DNA from: an uncultured Oscillospiraceae bacterium
GTDB lineage: Bacteria > Bacillota > Clostridia > Oscillospirales > Oscillospiraceae
Length of the DNA: 45,348 nucleotides
Reading direction: 5' to 3'
Assembly: GCA_964530935.1 (NCBI GenBank)
Contig: CAZHCB010000001.1
Location: 1 to 45,348 of the forward strand
Part shown: positions 19,051-25,819 of the stretch, piece after piece
Layout of the letters: each line of letters starts with the position of its first letter
Numbering within the stretch: position 1 is the first letter of the stretch
Notes under the pieces: model-generated
What the model saw: only the letters and a program-made list of their open reading frames with translations
Databases searched by the model: none
Told to the model about the DNA's origin: nothing
Position numbers and translations under genes: made by a program

Positions 19051-19668
19051 ATGATATTTATGGATAAATTTAAAAACCTGGATGACAACGAGCTGGTCCT
19101 ATTGGCCAATTCCGGTGACAAGGCTGCGGAAGAGCAGCTTGCCCTCCGGTATACTCGGTTAGTCAAGATTTGTTCCCGCCCGTTTTTCCTTGTTGGGGGA
19201 GACGGAGAGGATTTAATTCAAGAGGGAATGCTTGGTTTGCTATCGGCAATACGCGAGTTTGATCTGTCCATGAACGCCACCTTCAAAACCTACGCAGAAA
19301 TCTGTGTTAAACGGCGTATATACTCCGCAATTAAAATGGCGCTGAGAAAAAAACACGAACCCTTAAACCAAATGGTTTCATTTGATGATGTACTCTCTGA
19401 TGAAAGTCTGTCAACAGACAGTTCTTTCCGCCGAATTCCTGAGGAGCAGGTTCTTGCTCAAGAGAGCGCTGATGAGATTATCCAAACCTATTCACGGTGT
19501 TTGTCAAAGTTTGAAGTAAATATCCTTGAACTATATTTAAACGGACTTTCTTACTCGGAAATAGCCGAAGATGTCGGTCGTTCCGAAAAGTCTGTGGACA
19601 ACGCCGTACAGCGCATCAGGCGCAAGTTGGCGAGAAGCCCTAATCCTGGCGAATTCAGCGAAGGCTGA
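19051..19668 (+). CDS. sigH: SigH-type (sporulation/transition-state) sigma-70 family sigma factor
   Basis: The 205-aa ORF contains GDGEDLIQEGMLGLLSAIREFD...FKTYAEICVKRRIYSAIKMALRKKHEPLN, the SigH-specific region 2 pattern. The C-terminal region 4 HTH is LSYSEIAEDVGRSEKSVDNAVQRIRRKL. Confidence 0.75.
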   Translation: MIFMDKFKNLDDNELVLLANSGDKAAEEQLALRYTRLVKICSRPFFLVGGDGEDLIQEGMLGLLSAIREFDLSMNATFKTYAEICVKRRIYSAIKMALRKKHEPLNQMVSFDDVLSDESLSTDSSFRRIPEEQVLAQESADEIIQTYSRCLSKFEVNILELYLNGLSYSEIAEDVGRSEKSVDNAVQRIRRKLARSPNPGEFSEG

Positions 19669-19722
19669 CGCAAAATAAATGCCCCAAGGGGCAAGTCTTT
19701 TTCAAAAGAGAGGATTCATCAC

Positions 19723-20004
19723 ATGTTCGAAGACAAAACTATGGTATGTAAGGAATGCGGCAACGAGTTCGTATTCACCGCCGGTGAGCAGGAGTTCTAC
19801 GCAGAGCGTGGATTCCAGAACGAGCCCCAGCGCTGCAAGCCCTGCCGTGACAACCGCAAGAACGCAGCTCGCGGTCCCCGTGAGTATTTCGTAGCAACTT
19901 GCGCATCCTGCGGCAAGGAAGCTAGAGTTCCTTTTGAGCCCAAGTCTGACAGACCTGTTTATTGCAGCGAATGCTTCGCTAAGATGAGAGAAGAACAGGC
20001 ATAA
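19723..20004 (+). CDS. CxxC-x17-CxxC zinc-ribbon domain protein
   Basis: The 93-aa ORF has two CxxC...CxxC units (CKECGNEFVFTAGEQEFYAERGFQNEPQRCKPC and CASCGKEARVPFEPKSDRPVYCSEC) and a GAGAGGA RBS. Confidence 0.7.
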   Translation: MFEDKTMVCKECGNEFVFTAGEQEFYAERGFQNEPQRCKPCRDNRKNAARGPREYFVATCASCGKEARVPFEPKSDRPVYCSECFAKMREEQA

Positions 20005-20138
20005 GTATCATCAATATCCGGCACTCACCGCGGGTTTGCCGGAAACAGCTTTTCATCAAACTGTCTTGCAATGCGACATATTGTTTTCGCTCATGTACGG
20101 AGATAAAAAGCAAATACTTGCTGATCAGCGCTCAAACC

Positions 20139-20174
20139 AATAAAGGTTTCTCGATTATCGAGAAACCTTTATTT
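20139..20174. terminator. bidirectional terminator between convergent genes
   Basis: AATAAAGGTTTCTCGAT-t-ATCGAGAAACCTTTATTT is a near-perfect 36-nt palindrome with A/T runs on both sides. Confidence 0.75.
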
Positions 20175-20190
20175 ATGTTTATTTGTGTTT

Positions 20191-21294
20191 TTACTGTGGA
20201 ATTTCCTCCAGCCACGCTTGTGTTTCGGAAAGTTTTTGAGTGAAGAGCCTTCCGGTGTCCTGGATATATTTTGCCTGATGATACTTAAAGAGCATTTGCC
20301 CATCGCCCAAGTCACCCAGAATTTCGATTTTTCCTGTTATGTGGGACATGGCATATCTAAAGCACTTGGCAGGACCACCCAGATTTGTTTTTGCTGCCTC
20401 AACTATTTTTATACCCTCAGATATCGGAACCTGGAACTGGGTGCCAACACCGCTTACAGGGCGGCACTGAAAAACATAGTAGGGAGTGATGTTAAATTGG
20501 GTTAGCCTGCGCATTAGCTCGGCCAGAATTTCCGGCTTGTCGTTAATTCCGCGAAGGAGAACAGTTTGGTTTTTCACCTCGATGTTGCATGAGTGTAAAG
20601 CATTTATTGCCTTTTTTGCCTCAGGGGTCAGCTCCCGCGGGTGGTTAAACTGTGTTACGACATAGATGTTTTTCTTTTCTTGGTATTTTTTAATGATTTG
20701 CAGCAGCTCTTCATCTTCATATATGCGCTGCGGCAGGACAACGGGAGTTCTCGTACCGAAACGAATGAAATCCAGATGGTCGATCTCGCAGAGAGCTGAT
20801 AAGTAGCGTTCTATGATGGCATTGCTGTTTAGGAAAGCGTCCCCACCGGAGATGAGAACATTGGACATTTCCTCGTGCTGGCGTATGTATTCAATCATAC
20901 TGTCAAAGTGGCAAAGTATTTCCTCGTCAGTTAAGCCCACAAGGCGCTTTCGGAAACAGTGGCGGCAATACATTGCGCAGCTGTTGGTCGATAAGACCAA
21001 TGATGTAGCACCATATTTGTGTTGCATACCGGTTATAACGGTGTTTTCTCCCTCACCGCTGGTATCAAAGTGGCCTGTAATATCCAATTCTGCGAGAGAG
21101 GGGATACACATTTTCTTTATAGGGTCATCCGGATCGCTCCTGTCTATGAGCGAGAGATAGTACTTGGGAACGGACATGGGAAAGCATTCGAGAATAAGCC
21201 TATATTGTTCCTGTTCTTCAAGTGAAGAGGACAACATGGCGACGACCTCCTCGTTTCCAGATACTTTGTCCTCAAGCCATTTCTTCCATGACAT
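20191..21294 (-). CDS. KamA family radical SAM protein (lysine 2,3-aminomutase-like)
   Basis: The ORF has the CxxxCxxC cluster motif CAMYCRHCFRK and KamA-like blocks (VLISGGDAF, FIRFGTRTPVVLPQRI, VVTQFNHPRELT, NQTVLLRGIND, PYYVFQCRPVSG). The start is the ATG at 21294 behind AGGAGG; the track start at 21360 has no RBS. Confidence 0.85.
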   Translation of the reverse strand: MSWKKWLEDKVSGNEEVVAMLSSSLEEQEQYRLILECFPMSVPKYYLSLIDRSDPDDPIKKMCIPSLAELDITGHFDTSGEGENTVITGMQHKYGATSLVLSTNSCAMYCRHCFRKRLVGLTDEEILCHFDSMIEYIRQHEEMSNVLISGGDAFLNSNAIIERYLSALCEIDHLDFIRFGTRTPVVLPQRIYEDEELLQIIKKYQEKKNIYVVTQFNHPRELTPEAKKAINALHSCNIEVKNQTVLLRGINDKPEILAELMRRLTQFNITPYYVFQCRPVSGVGTQFQVPISEGIKIVEAAKTNLGGPAKCFRYAMSHITGKIEILGDLGDGQMLFKYHQAKYIQDTGRLFTQKLSETQAWLEEIPQ

Positions 21295-21350
21295 CACATA
21301 ACCTCCTACAATGATAGCAATATAAAACACCGGGAAATGATAAAAAATGC

Positions 21351-21380
21351 AGCCGGGCAAAGCACGGCAGCAAAAACTGG
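21351..21380 (-). promoter_or_regulatory. terminator-like hairpin plus U6 in the leader of the KamA-family gene (candidate attenuator)
   Basis: The minus strand reads GCTGCCG-tgctttgcc-CGGCTGC-A-TTTTTT, ~45 nt upstream of the RBS. An upstream ATGCAGC (21419-21413) can pair with either GCTGC copy. Confidence 0.35.
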
Positions 21381-21534
21381 AATTCTGTCAGTTTGCAATG
21401 AAAGCTGCATAAAATCGCCTGTTTCTAACAGTATAACATCAGGATATGAACAAATTGTGGCGAATTATAGTATTTTCAATAGCCTAAAAGTCAAAAAAAT
21501 ACTGTAAAAATCGGGAAGGTGCATAAAAAAACAG

Positions 21535-21562
21535 TTGCACGTTTTCTTTTTAGCGTTATAAT
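21535..21562 (+). promoter_or_regulatory. sigmaA-type promoter for the abrB-like/ABC operon
   Basis: TTGCAC, a 16-nt spacer, then TATAAT (21557-21562). Confidence 0.5.
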
Positions 21563-21606
21563 AATCATACAAGTATTACTTTTCATACAAGGGGGGAGGG
21601 CTTGCT

Positions 21607-21912
21607 GTGAGAGAAAAATGTAAAAACTTCATGAGTACAGTGAAGGTCGGTTCCAAGGGGCAGATAGTTATTCCCAAGGAAATAAGGGACATGTTTTCAA
21701 TTTCTGAAGGCGATAATCTCATAATAATGGCAGACACGCGAAGAGGCATTGCCTTGCAAAAGTCGGACCTAATGTCAAAAATCGCGGAGGCAATTTTTGC
21801 CGGTAGAGGTATGGAGATTTATCCCGGCGATGATCCGGCGGATTTTAATGAGTTTGCAGAGGCCATAAAGGAGACTGTTGAAAAGGAGGAGCAGGGTGTT
21901 GAACGTTCTTGA
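21607..21912 (+). CDS. AbrB/MazE/SpoVT family DNA-binding protein
   Basis: The swapped-hairpin motif is VKVGSKGQIVIPKEIRDMFSISEGDNLIIM. A strong GGGGGGAGGG RBS lies 6 nt before the GTG at 21607. The C-terminal tail is acidic. Confidence 0.75.
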   Translation: MREKCKNFMSTVKVGSKGQIVIPKEIRDMFSISEGDNLIIMADTRRGIALQKSDLMSKIAEAIFAGRGMEIYPGDDPADFNEFAEAIKETVEKEEQGVERS

Positions 21913-22744
21913 GGTACAGGGCTTATGCAAAAGCTATGAGGGCTTCTTTTTAGATAACGTCAGTTTCAGCCTCAGGCAAGGGAAGATAACCGGATTTATC
22001 GGCAGAAACGGCGCAGGAAAGACCACTACACTGAAATCTCTGCTGAATATGGTTCATCCCGAAAGGGGAAGCATATGCTTCTTTGATAAGGATTTCGGGA
22101 AAAACGAGAGAGAAATAAAGGAGCGTATCGGCTTTTTATCGGGTGGCGCGCCGTTCTATTCAAACAAAAAAATCTCGTCCATTTCCAAAGTAACAGCGGG
22201 TTTTTACCGGAACTGGGATGAAGCGTTATACAAAAAATATTTGAAACTTTTTTCCTTGGATGAGGGTAAAACTCCGGCGCAGCTGTCAAACGGAATGAAG
22301 GTTAAATATGCGCTGACACTTGCACTGTCTCACCATGCAGAGCTTCTCATACTTGATGAGCCTACAAGCGGTTTGGATCCTGTCTCCCGGGATGAGCTAA
22401 TTGAGATATTTCTCAACCTGTGTGACGAGGGCGTTACGATTTTGTTCTCCACCCACATAACATCTGATCTGGATAAGTGCGCTGACGATATTATCTTTAT
22501 AAAAGACGGACAAATCCTAGCCACAGGGGAACTAAATAATTTTGTGCGTTCGTATAAAACAGTTAATTTTACGGACGGGCAGTTAGAGCCGGCGGCGAAG
22601 AATTTGCTAATCGGCTGTAAGCGGGCAAAAGAGGGCTTTACTGCCCTTGTACGGTCAGAAGATGCCGCTAAAATCGGTGTGCCGGTTGGTGATGCGGACC
22701 TTGAGTCCATTATGGTTGATTTGGGGAGGGCTGAGACTGTATGA
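21896..22744 (+). CDS. ABC transporter ATP-binding protein
   Basis: The ORF has a Walker A (GRNGAGKTT), a signature (LSNGMKVKYAL) and a Walker B (LLILDEPTSGLD). The GTG start at 21896 lies behind AAGGAGGAG, 17 nt inside the abrB-like ORF. Confidence 0.9.
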   Translation: MLNVLEVQGLCKSYEGFFLDNVSFSLRQGKITGFIGRNGAGKTTTLKSLLNMVHPERGSICFFDKDFGKNEREIKERIGFLSGGAPFYSNKKISSISKVTAGFYRNWDEALYKKYLKLFSLDEGKTPAQLSNGMKVKYALTLALSHHAELLILDEPTSGLDPVSRDELIEIFLNLCDEGVTILFSTHITSDLDKCADDIIFIKDGQILATGELNNFVRSYKTVNFTDGQLEPAAKNLLIGCKRAKEGFTALVRSEDAAKIGVPVGDADLESIMVDLGRAETV

Positions 22745-23388
22745 AAAATCTGCTGATCAAAGAATTTCGCTTGACGATGCATCCGACCTCCGTGCTCTTT
22801 CTGTGCCTGTCGGCAATGCTGCTCATACCGAATTACCCATATGGCGTAGCGTTCTTTTATACCGGTTTGGCAGTGTTTTTTACCTGCCTCAGCGGGAGAG
22901 AGAATAACGATGTTTTCTATACGATGACCCTGCCTGTTGAGAAAAAGGATATCGTGGGCGCGAGAATTCTCCACGTTTGCATTCTTCAGCTTCTGCAAAT
23001 TGTGATTGCGGTGCCTTTTGCGGTAATCCGCGGAAAGTTTAATCTTCCGGGGAATGCGGTGGGCATGGATGCGAATATTGCGATGTTTGGATTTGCATTT
23101 ATCCAGTATGGATTATTTAATCTGACATTTTTGGTTCCCTACTATAGAAACGTCAAAAATGTGGGTAAATCTTTTGCTTTGTCAAGTGTTTTCGTGTTTT
23201 TGTTTATCTGCTTTAGCGAGGCGGCAACAAACATTTTCCCATTTTTCCGCGATAAGCTTGACACGCCTGATCCCCAATTTTTTGGATATAAAATGATGAT
23301 TTTAGCAATAGGAATTATTCTGTTCTCCTTGCTGACGCTGCTAACATATGCCAAAGCGGTGAAGCTTTTCCGGGTGCAGGACATTTGA
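22741..23388 (+). CDS. ABC-2 type transporter permease
   Basis: The 215-aa ORF has six hydrophobic segments. Its ATG overlaps the ATPase stop (ATGA). Confidence 0.7.
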   Translation: MKNLLIKEFRLTMHPTSVLFLCLSAMLLIPNYPYGVAFFYTGLAVFFTCLSGRENNDVFYTMTLPVEKKDIVGARILHVCILQLLQIVIAVPFAVIRGKFNLPGNAVGMDANIAMFGFAFIQYGLFNLTFLVPYYRNVKNVGKSFALSSVFVFLFICFSEAATNIFPFFRDKLDTPDPQFFGYKMMILAIGIILFSLLTLLTYAKAVKLFRVQDI

Positions 23389-23448
23389 TGACATTATAAA
23401 ACTCGATATGGAGTGTATTCAGAATACACCGGTAAAAAAGGAGAAAAG

Positions 23449-23790
23449 ATGAAAACTGAAAGACGAAAGCAACTCATGGACGACTACAAAAACAGAAAGC
23501 CTGAAATGGGAGTTCTGTCAATATTATGTAAACCAACGGGGGAAAGTTTCTTAGAGATTTCCAAGGATACAAAGGCAGGAATGAACGCACTGAGAGCCAG
23601 GCTCACACCCAGCCACCCAAACAAACATTTTAGAGAGTTAGTCGAGAAATATGGTGTGGACGAGTTCGAGATTTCACTGCTGGAGGTTTTGGACTATGAC
23701 GACCCTGAAAAAGACCAAACAGCGGATTTAGAAGCTCTCAGAGAACTATGTTTGGCAAAAGATGAAAAAGCCAGTAAACTCTGGAAATAG
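23449..23790 (+). CDS. small protein resembling the degenerate GIY-YIG nuclease-like family
   Basis: The 113-aa ORF has a GGAG RBS. The pattern YKNRKPEMGV..I....TGESFLE.S.D......R..L......K.F.ELVEKYGVDEFEISLLEVL resembles the short GIY-YIG-like proteins of Firmicutes, but the GIY and YIG residues are not conserved. The assignment is from memory. Confidence 0.4.
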   Translation: MKTERRKQLMDDYKNRKPEMGVLSILCKPTGESFLEISKDTKAGMNALRARLTPSHPNKHFRELVEKYGVDEFEISLLEVLDYDDPEKDQTADLEALRELCLAKDEKASKLWK

Positions 23791-23798
23791 AAATGCAG

Positions 23799-23841
23799 AA
23801 AAGCCTCCTGTTGTAGTTACCCTACAACAAGAGGCCTTTTT
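23799..23841. terminator. bidirectional terminator between convergent genes
   Basis: AAAAGCCTCCTGTTGTAG-ttaccc-CTACAACAAGAGGCCTTTTT forms a stem with imperfections and has A/T runs on both sides. Confidence 0.6.
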
Positions 23842-23843
23842 CG

Positions 23844-25031
23844 TTATGAAGCAGCAATATCCTTATTTCCGGTCCTCTTAATTAACAGCTCGTGCATAAA
23901 AAGCATAAGTATAGCGATTCCTACCAGATAGACCGGGAGTAGGGCAACATTGATGTAATTGGCGATTATACCAAACAAGGGGGGCATAACAAAGGTTCCC
24001 ACGTATGCGCTGGCCATTTGAACGCCGACAATTGCCTGAGACTTATCCGCCCCAAAATGCGCAGGTGTGGAATGAATGATGCAGGGATAAACAGGGGCGC
24101 ATCCCAGTCCGATTATTATTAGACCTATTAACGCCATTGTTTCACCAAAGGGGAGGAATAGAAAAATGATGCCTGCCAGAATAAGACCTTCACCGCAGCG
24201 GATCAGTTGGGTATCACTGAATTTTATTGTTAGTACGCCGCTCAAGGCGCGCCCGACAGTTATTCCAATAAAGAATAAGCTTGCAAAACTCGCAGCAGTT
24301 TCAGAGGACAAGCCTTTATGCAGGAACAGGTAGCTGCTGGCCCATAGACCGGTTGTTTGCTCAAGAGCACAATAGCAAAAGAAGGTGAGCATAACCTCTT
24401 TTACACCCGGAATCTTAACAATCTGCCTCAAAGACAGGGGCTTAGTCGAGGCACTTTTGCCGTCTTTGCAGCTGCTTTCTTGCGCACGCTTTTTCCAAAG
24501 CGGCAAGCTAAACAGCAAAATGGCAGTCAACACGACTTGCAGAATTGCAATATAACGATACCCCAGGTTCCAGCCCTGACCACCGGTTAAGGCGTAACCC
24601 ATAATGTAAGGCCCGAGAGAGGCGCCAACACCCCACATGCAATGCAGCCAGCTCATGTGACGGCTTGCGTAATGCAAGGCGACGTAGTTGTTAAGTGACG
24701 CGTCAACGCTGCCGGCACCGAGCCCATAGGGGATAGCCCATAAGCACAGCATCCAAAAAGAATTGCTAACAGAAAAACCAAACAGCGCTGCTGCGGTCAT
24801 AAGCACGCTGATTGCAGTAACAAGACCTGTTCCGAGTTTCCTTGTTAGCCGGTCACTTAGAAGGCTGGATACTACAGTTCCAACGGCAACAATCATGGCG
24901 ATTACGCCTGCGTATGATAAAGGAACACCAAAGCCCTGGTACATGCTTGGCCAAGATGCGCCCAAGAGCGAATCCGGTAAGCCCAAGCTGATGAAAGCTA
25001 AATAGATTATTACTAATAGTAGCTGAAACAT
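23844..25031 (-). CDS. MFS transporter
   Basis: The 395-aa ORF has ~12 hydrophobic helices and an MFS loop motif (SDRLTRKLG) between TM2 and TM3. Confidence 0.85.
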   Translation of the reverse strand: MFQLLLVIIYLAFISLGLPDSLLGASWPSMYQGFGVPLSYAGVIAMIVAVGTVVSSLLSDRLTRKLGTGLVTAISVLMTAAALFGFSVSNSFWMLCLWAIPYGLGAGSVDASLNNYVALHYASRHMSWLHCMWGVGASLGPYIMGYALTGGQGWNLGYRYIAILQVVLTAILLFSLPLWKKRAQESSCKDGKSASTKPLSLRQIVKIPGVKEVMLTFFCYCALEQTTGLWASSYLFLHKGLSSETAASFASLFFIGITVGRALSGVLTIKFSDTQLIRCGEGLILAGIIFLFLPFGETMALIGLIIIGLGCAPVYPCIIHSTPAHFGADKSQAIVGVQMASAYVGTFVMPPLFGIIANYINVALLPVYLVGIAILMLFMHELLIKRTGNKDIAAS

Positions 25032-25139
25032 TTTCCGCTCCTGTGGGTCGTTAATATGGTGCTAATTGAGAATTCGCATAAACTTAATTATTGCAAGTTG
25101 TTGTTTTTGAGCTGTTTTCAAAGTATACGAAAATAAGAA

Positions 25140-25176
25140 AAGCCGAAAACCTTGATTTTCAGGGTCTTTGGCTTTT
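25140..25176 (-). terminator. hairpin terminator after tRNA-Arg
   Basis: The minus strand reads AAGCCAAAGACC-ctgaaaatca-GGTTTTCGGCTT (2 mismatches) followed by TTCTTATTTT. Confidence 0.45.
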
Positions 25177-25179
25177 TTG

Positions 25180-25256
25180 TGGCACCCCTGGCGCGACTCG
25201 AACGCACTACATTCCGCTTAGGAGGCGGACCCTCTATCCTGGTGAGGTACAGGGGC
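25180..25256 (-). tRNA. tRNA-Arg (anticodon CCU), with encoded CCA
   Basis: The reverse complement reads GCCCCTG-TA-CCTC-ACCAGGATA-GAGG-G-TCCGC-CTCCTAA-GCGGA-ATGTA-GTGCG-TTCGAGT-CGCGC-CAGGGGT-G-CCA, a full cloverleaf with a TTCGAGT T-loop. It is slightly atypical: G1-U72 wobble, C10-G25 and G73. Confidence 0.85.
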
Positions 25257-25352
25257 ATATTCATTTTTCAGGCACAACAGGTTTTAAACGAGCTCTCGCT
25301 CAGGAGGCGGATCCTCAATAAAGTTGAACTGCTGGACAAACATAGCCTGTGT

Positions 25353-25381
25353 ATTTTATATCAGAATAATGAGGCTGTCAA
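25353..25381 (-). promoter_or_regulatory. sigmaA-type promoter upstream of tRNA-Arg
   Basis: The minus strand reads TTGACA (25381-25376), a 17-nt spacer, then TAAAAT (25358-25353). It lies only 26 nt downstream of the premature stop of the sigG fragment. Confidence 0.5.
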
Positions 25382-25406
25382 GGAGAATGGGCACATGTTT
25401 GCTATT

Positions 25407-25709
25407 TCAACAAGGGATACTCATCGGCACACCGTAGGTTGAAAAACGAAAGGGTTGCGTGATATCAAAGTTATCTATGGCCTTTATTAGACCAATGCAG
25501 CCGACCTGAAAAAGATCGTCAACATTCTCGCCTCTGGATGAAAATTTTTGTATTACCGAAAGAACTAAACGCAAGTTACCGGAAATAAGTTTTTCTCTTG
25601 CCTGAGTGTCACCCTCCTTTGTCTTTCTGAGAAGCTCTATGGTTTCATCATTTTTTAGGATACTGAGTTTCGCTGTGTTTATGCCACATATCTCGACCTT
25701 GTTCAGCAA
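25407..25709 (-). pseudogene. sigG: truncated sigG-type sporulation sigma factor gene (N-terminal ~100 codons, regions 1.2-2.3 only)
   Basis: A GGGAGG RBS and TTG start give (M)LNKVEICGINTAKLSILKNDE...AREKLISGNLRLVLSVIQKFSSRGENVDDLFQVGCIGLIKAIDNFDITQPFRFSTYGVPM. This is collinear with B. subtilis SigG from residue 4. The ORF then reads SIPC-stop where SigF/SigG continue IIGEIRRYLRD. The other two frames stop within 0 and 6 codons. Confidence 0.7.
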
Positions 25710-25789
25710 CGTGATTACCTCCCCGGTGGATGATACGGATAGTATTTCCCCAATGTGTCCCATTCATTCCCGAATATTTCCTATATTAC

Positions 25790-25819
25790 TGTCAACCTAA
25801 TTTAAGAATTAGGTTGACA
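25790..25819. promoter_or_regulatory. BirA operator (bioO) overlapping the birA-bioY promoter
   Basis: TGTCAACC-taatttaagaatta-GGTTGACA is a perfect inverted repeat. It fits the TGTnAAC(C)-N14-(G)GTTnACA BirA-box architecture. The right half supplies the TTGACA of a TTGACA-17-TAAAAT promoter 40 nt upstream of birA. Confidence 0.75.

Noticed and set aside
22330-22998. 222-aa minus-strand ORF across the ABC ATPase/permease junction, plus similar shadows at 11756-12304, 13006-13512, 41447-42022 and 2095-2580
   Set aside because: They are opposite-strand shadows of genes with clear Walker/TGT/AsnA/PurA motifs. They have no RBS and no motif content.
20005-25406. The idea that 20-25.4 kb is a skin-like intervening element or integrated island splitting sigG
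   Set aside because: The interval contains no recombinase, integrase or phage genes. No sigG 3' half or matching direct repeat is present at the left side (20005-20190 was translated in all minus frames). sigG acts in the forespore, where developmental excision would be heritable. The region may still be accessory, but that needs comparative genomics.
25380-25430. A simple frameshift or sequencing error as the explanation for the sigG stop
   Set aside because: After ...GVPM all three frames terminate within 0-6 codons. The following sequence is a recognisable promoter plus tRNA leader, not sigma-factor coding sequence.
25091-25442. Plus-strand ORFs 25091-25321 and 25152-25442
   Set aside because: They read straight through the tRNA-Arg gene and its promoter on the opposite strand, so they are not coding.
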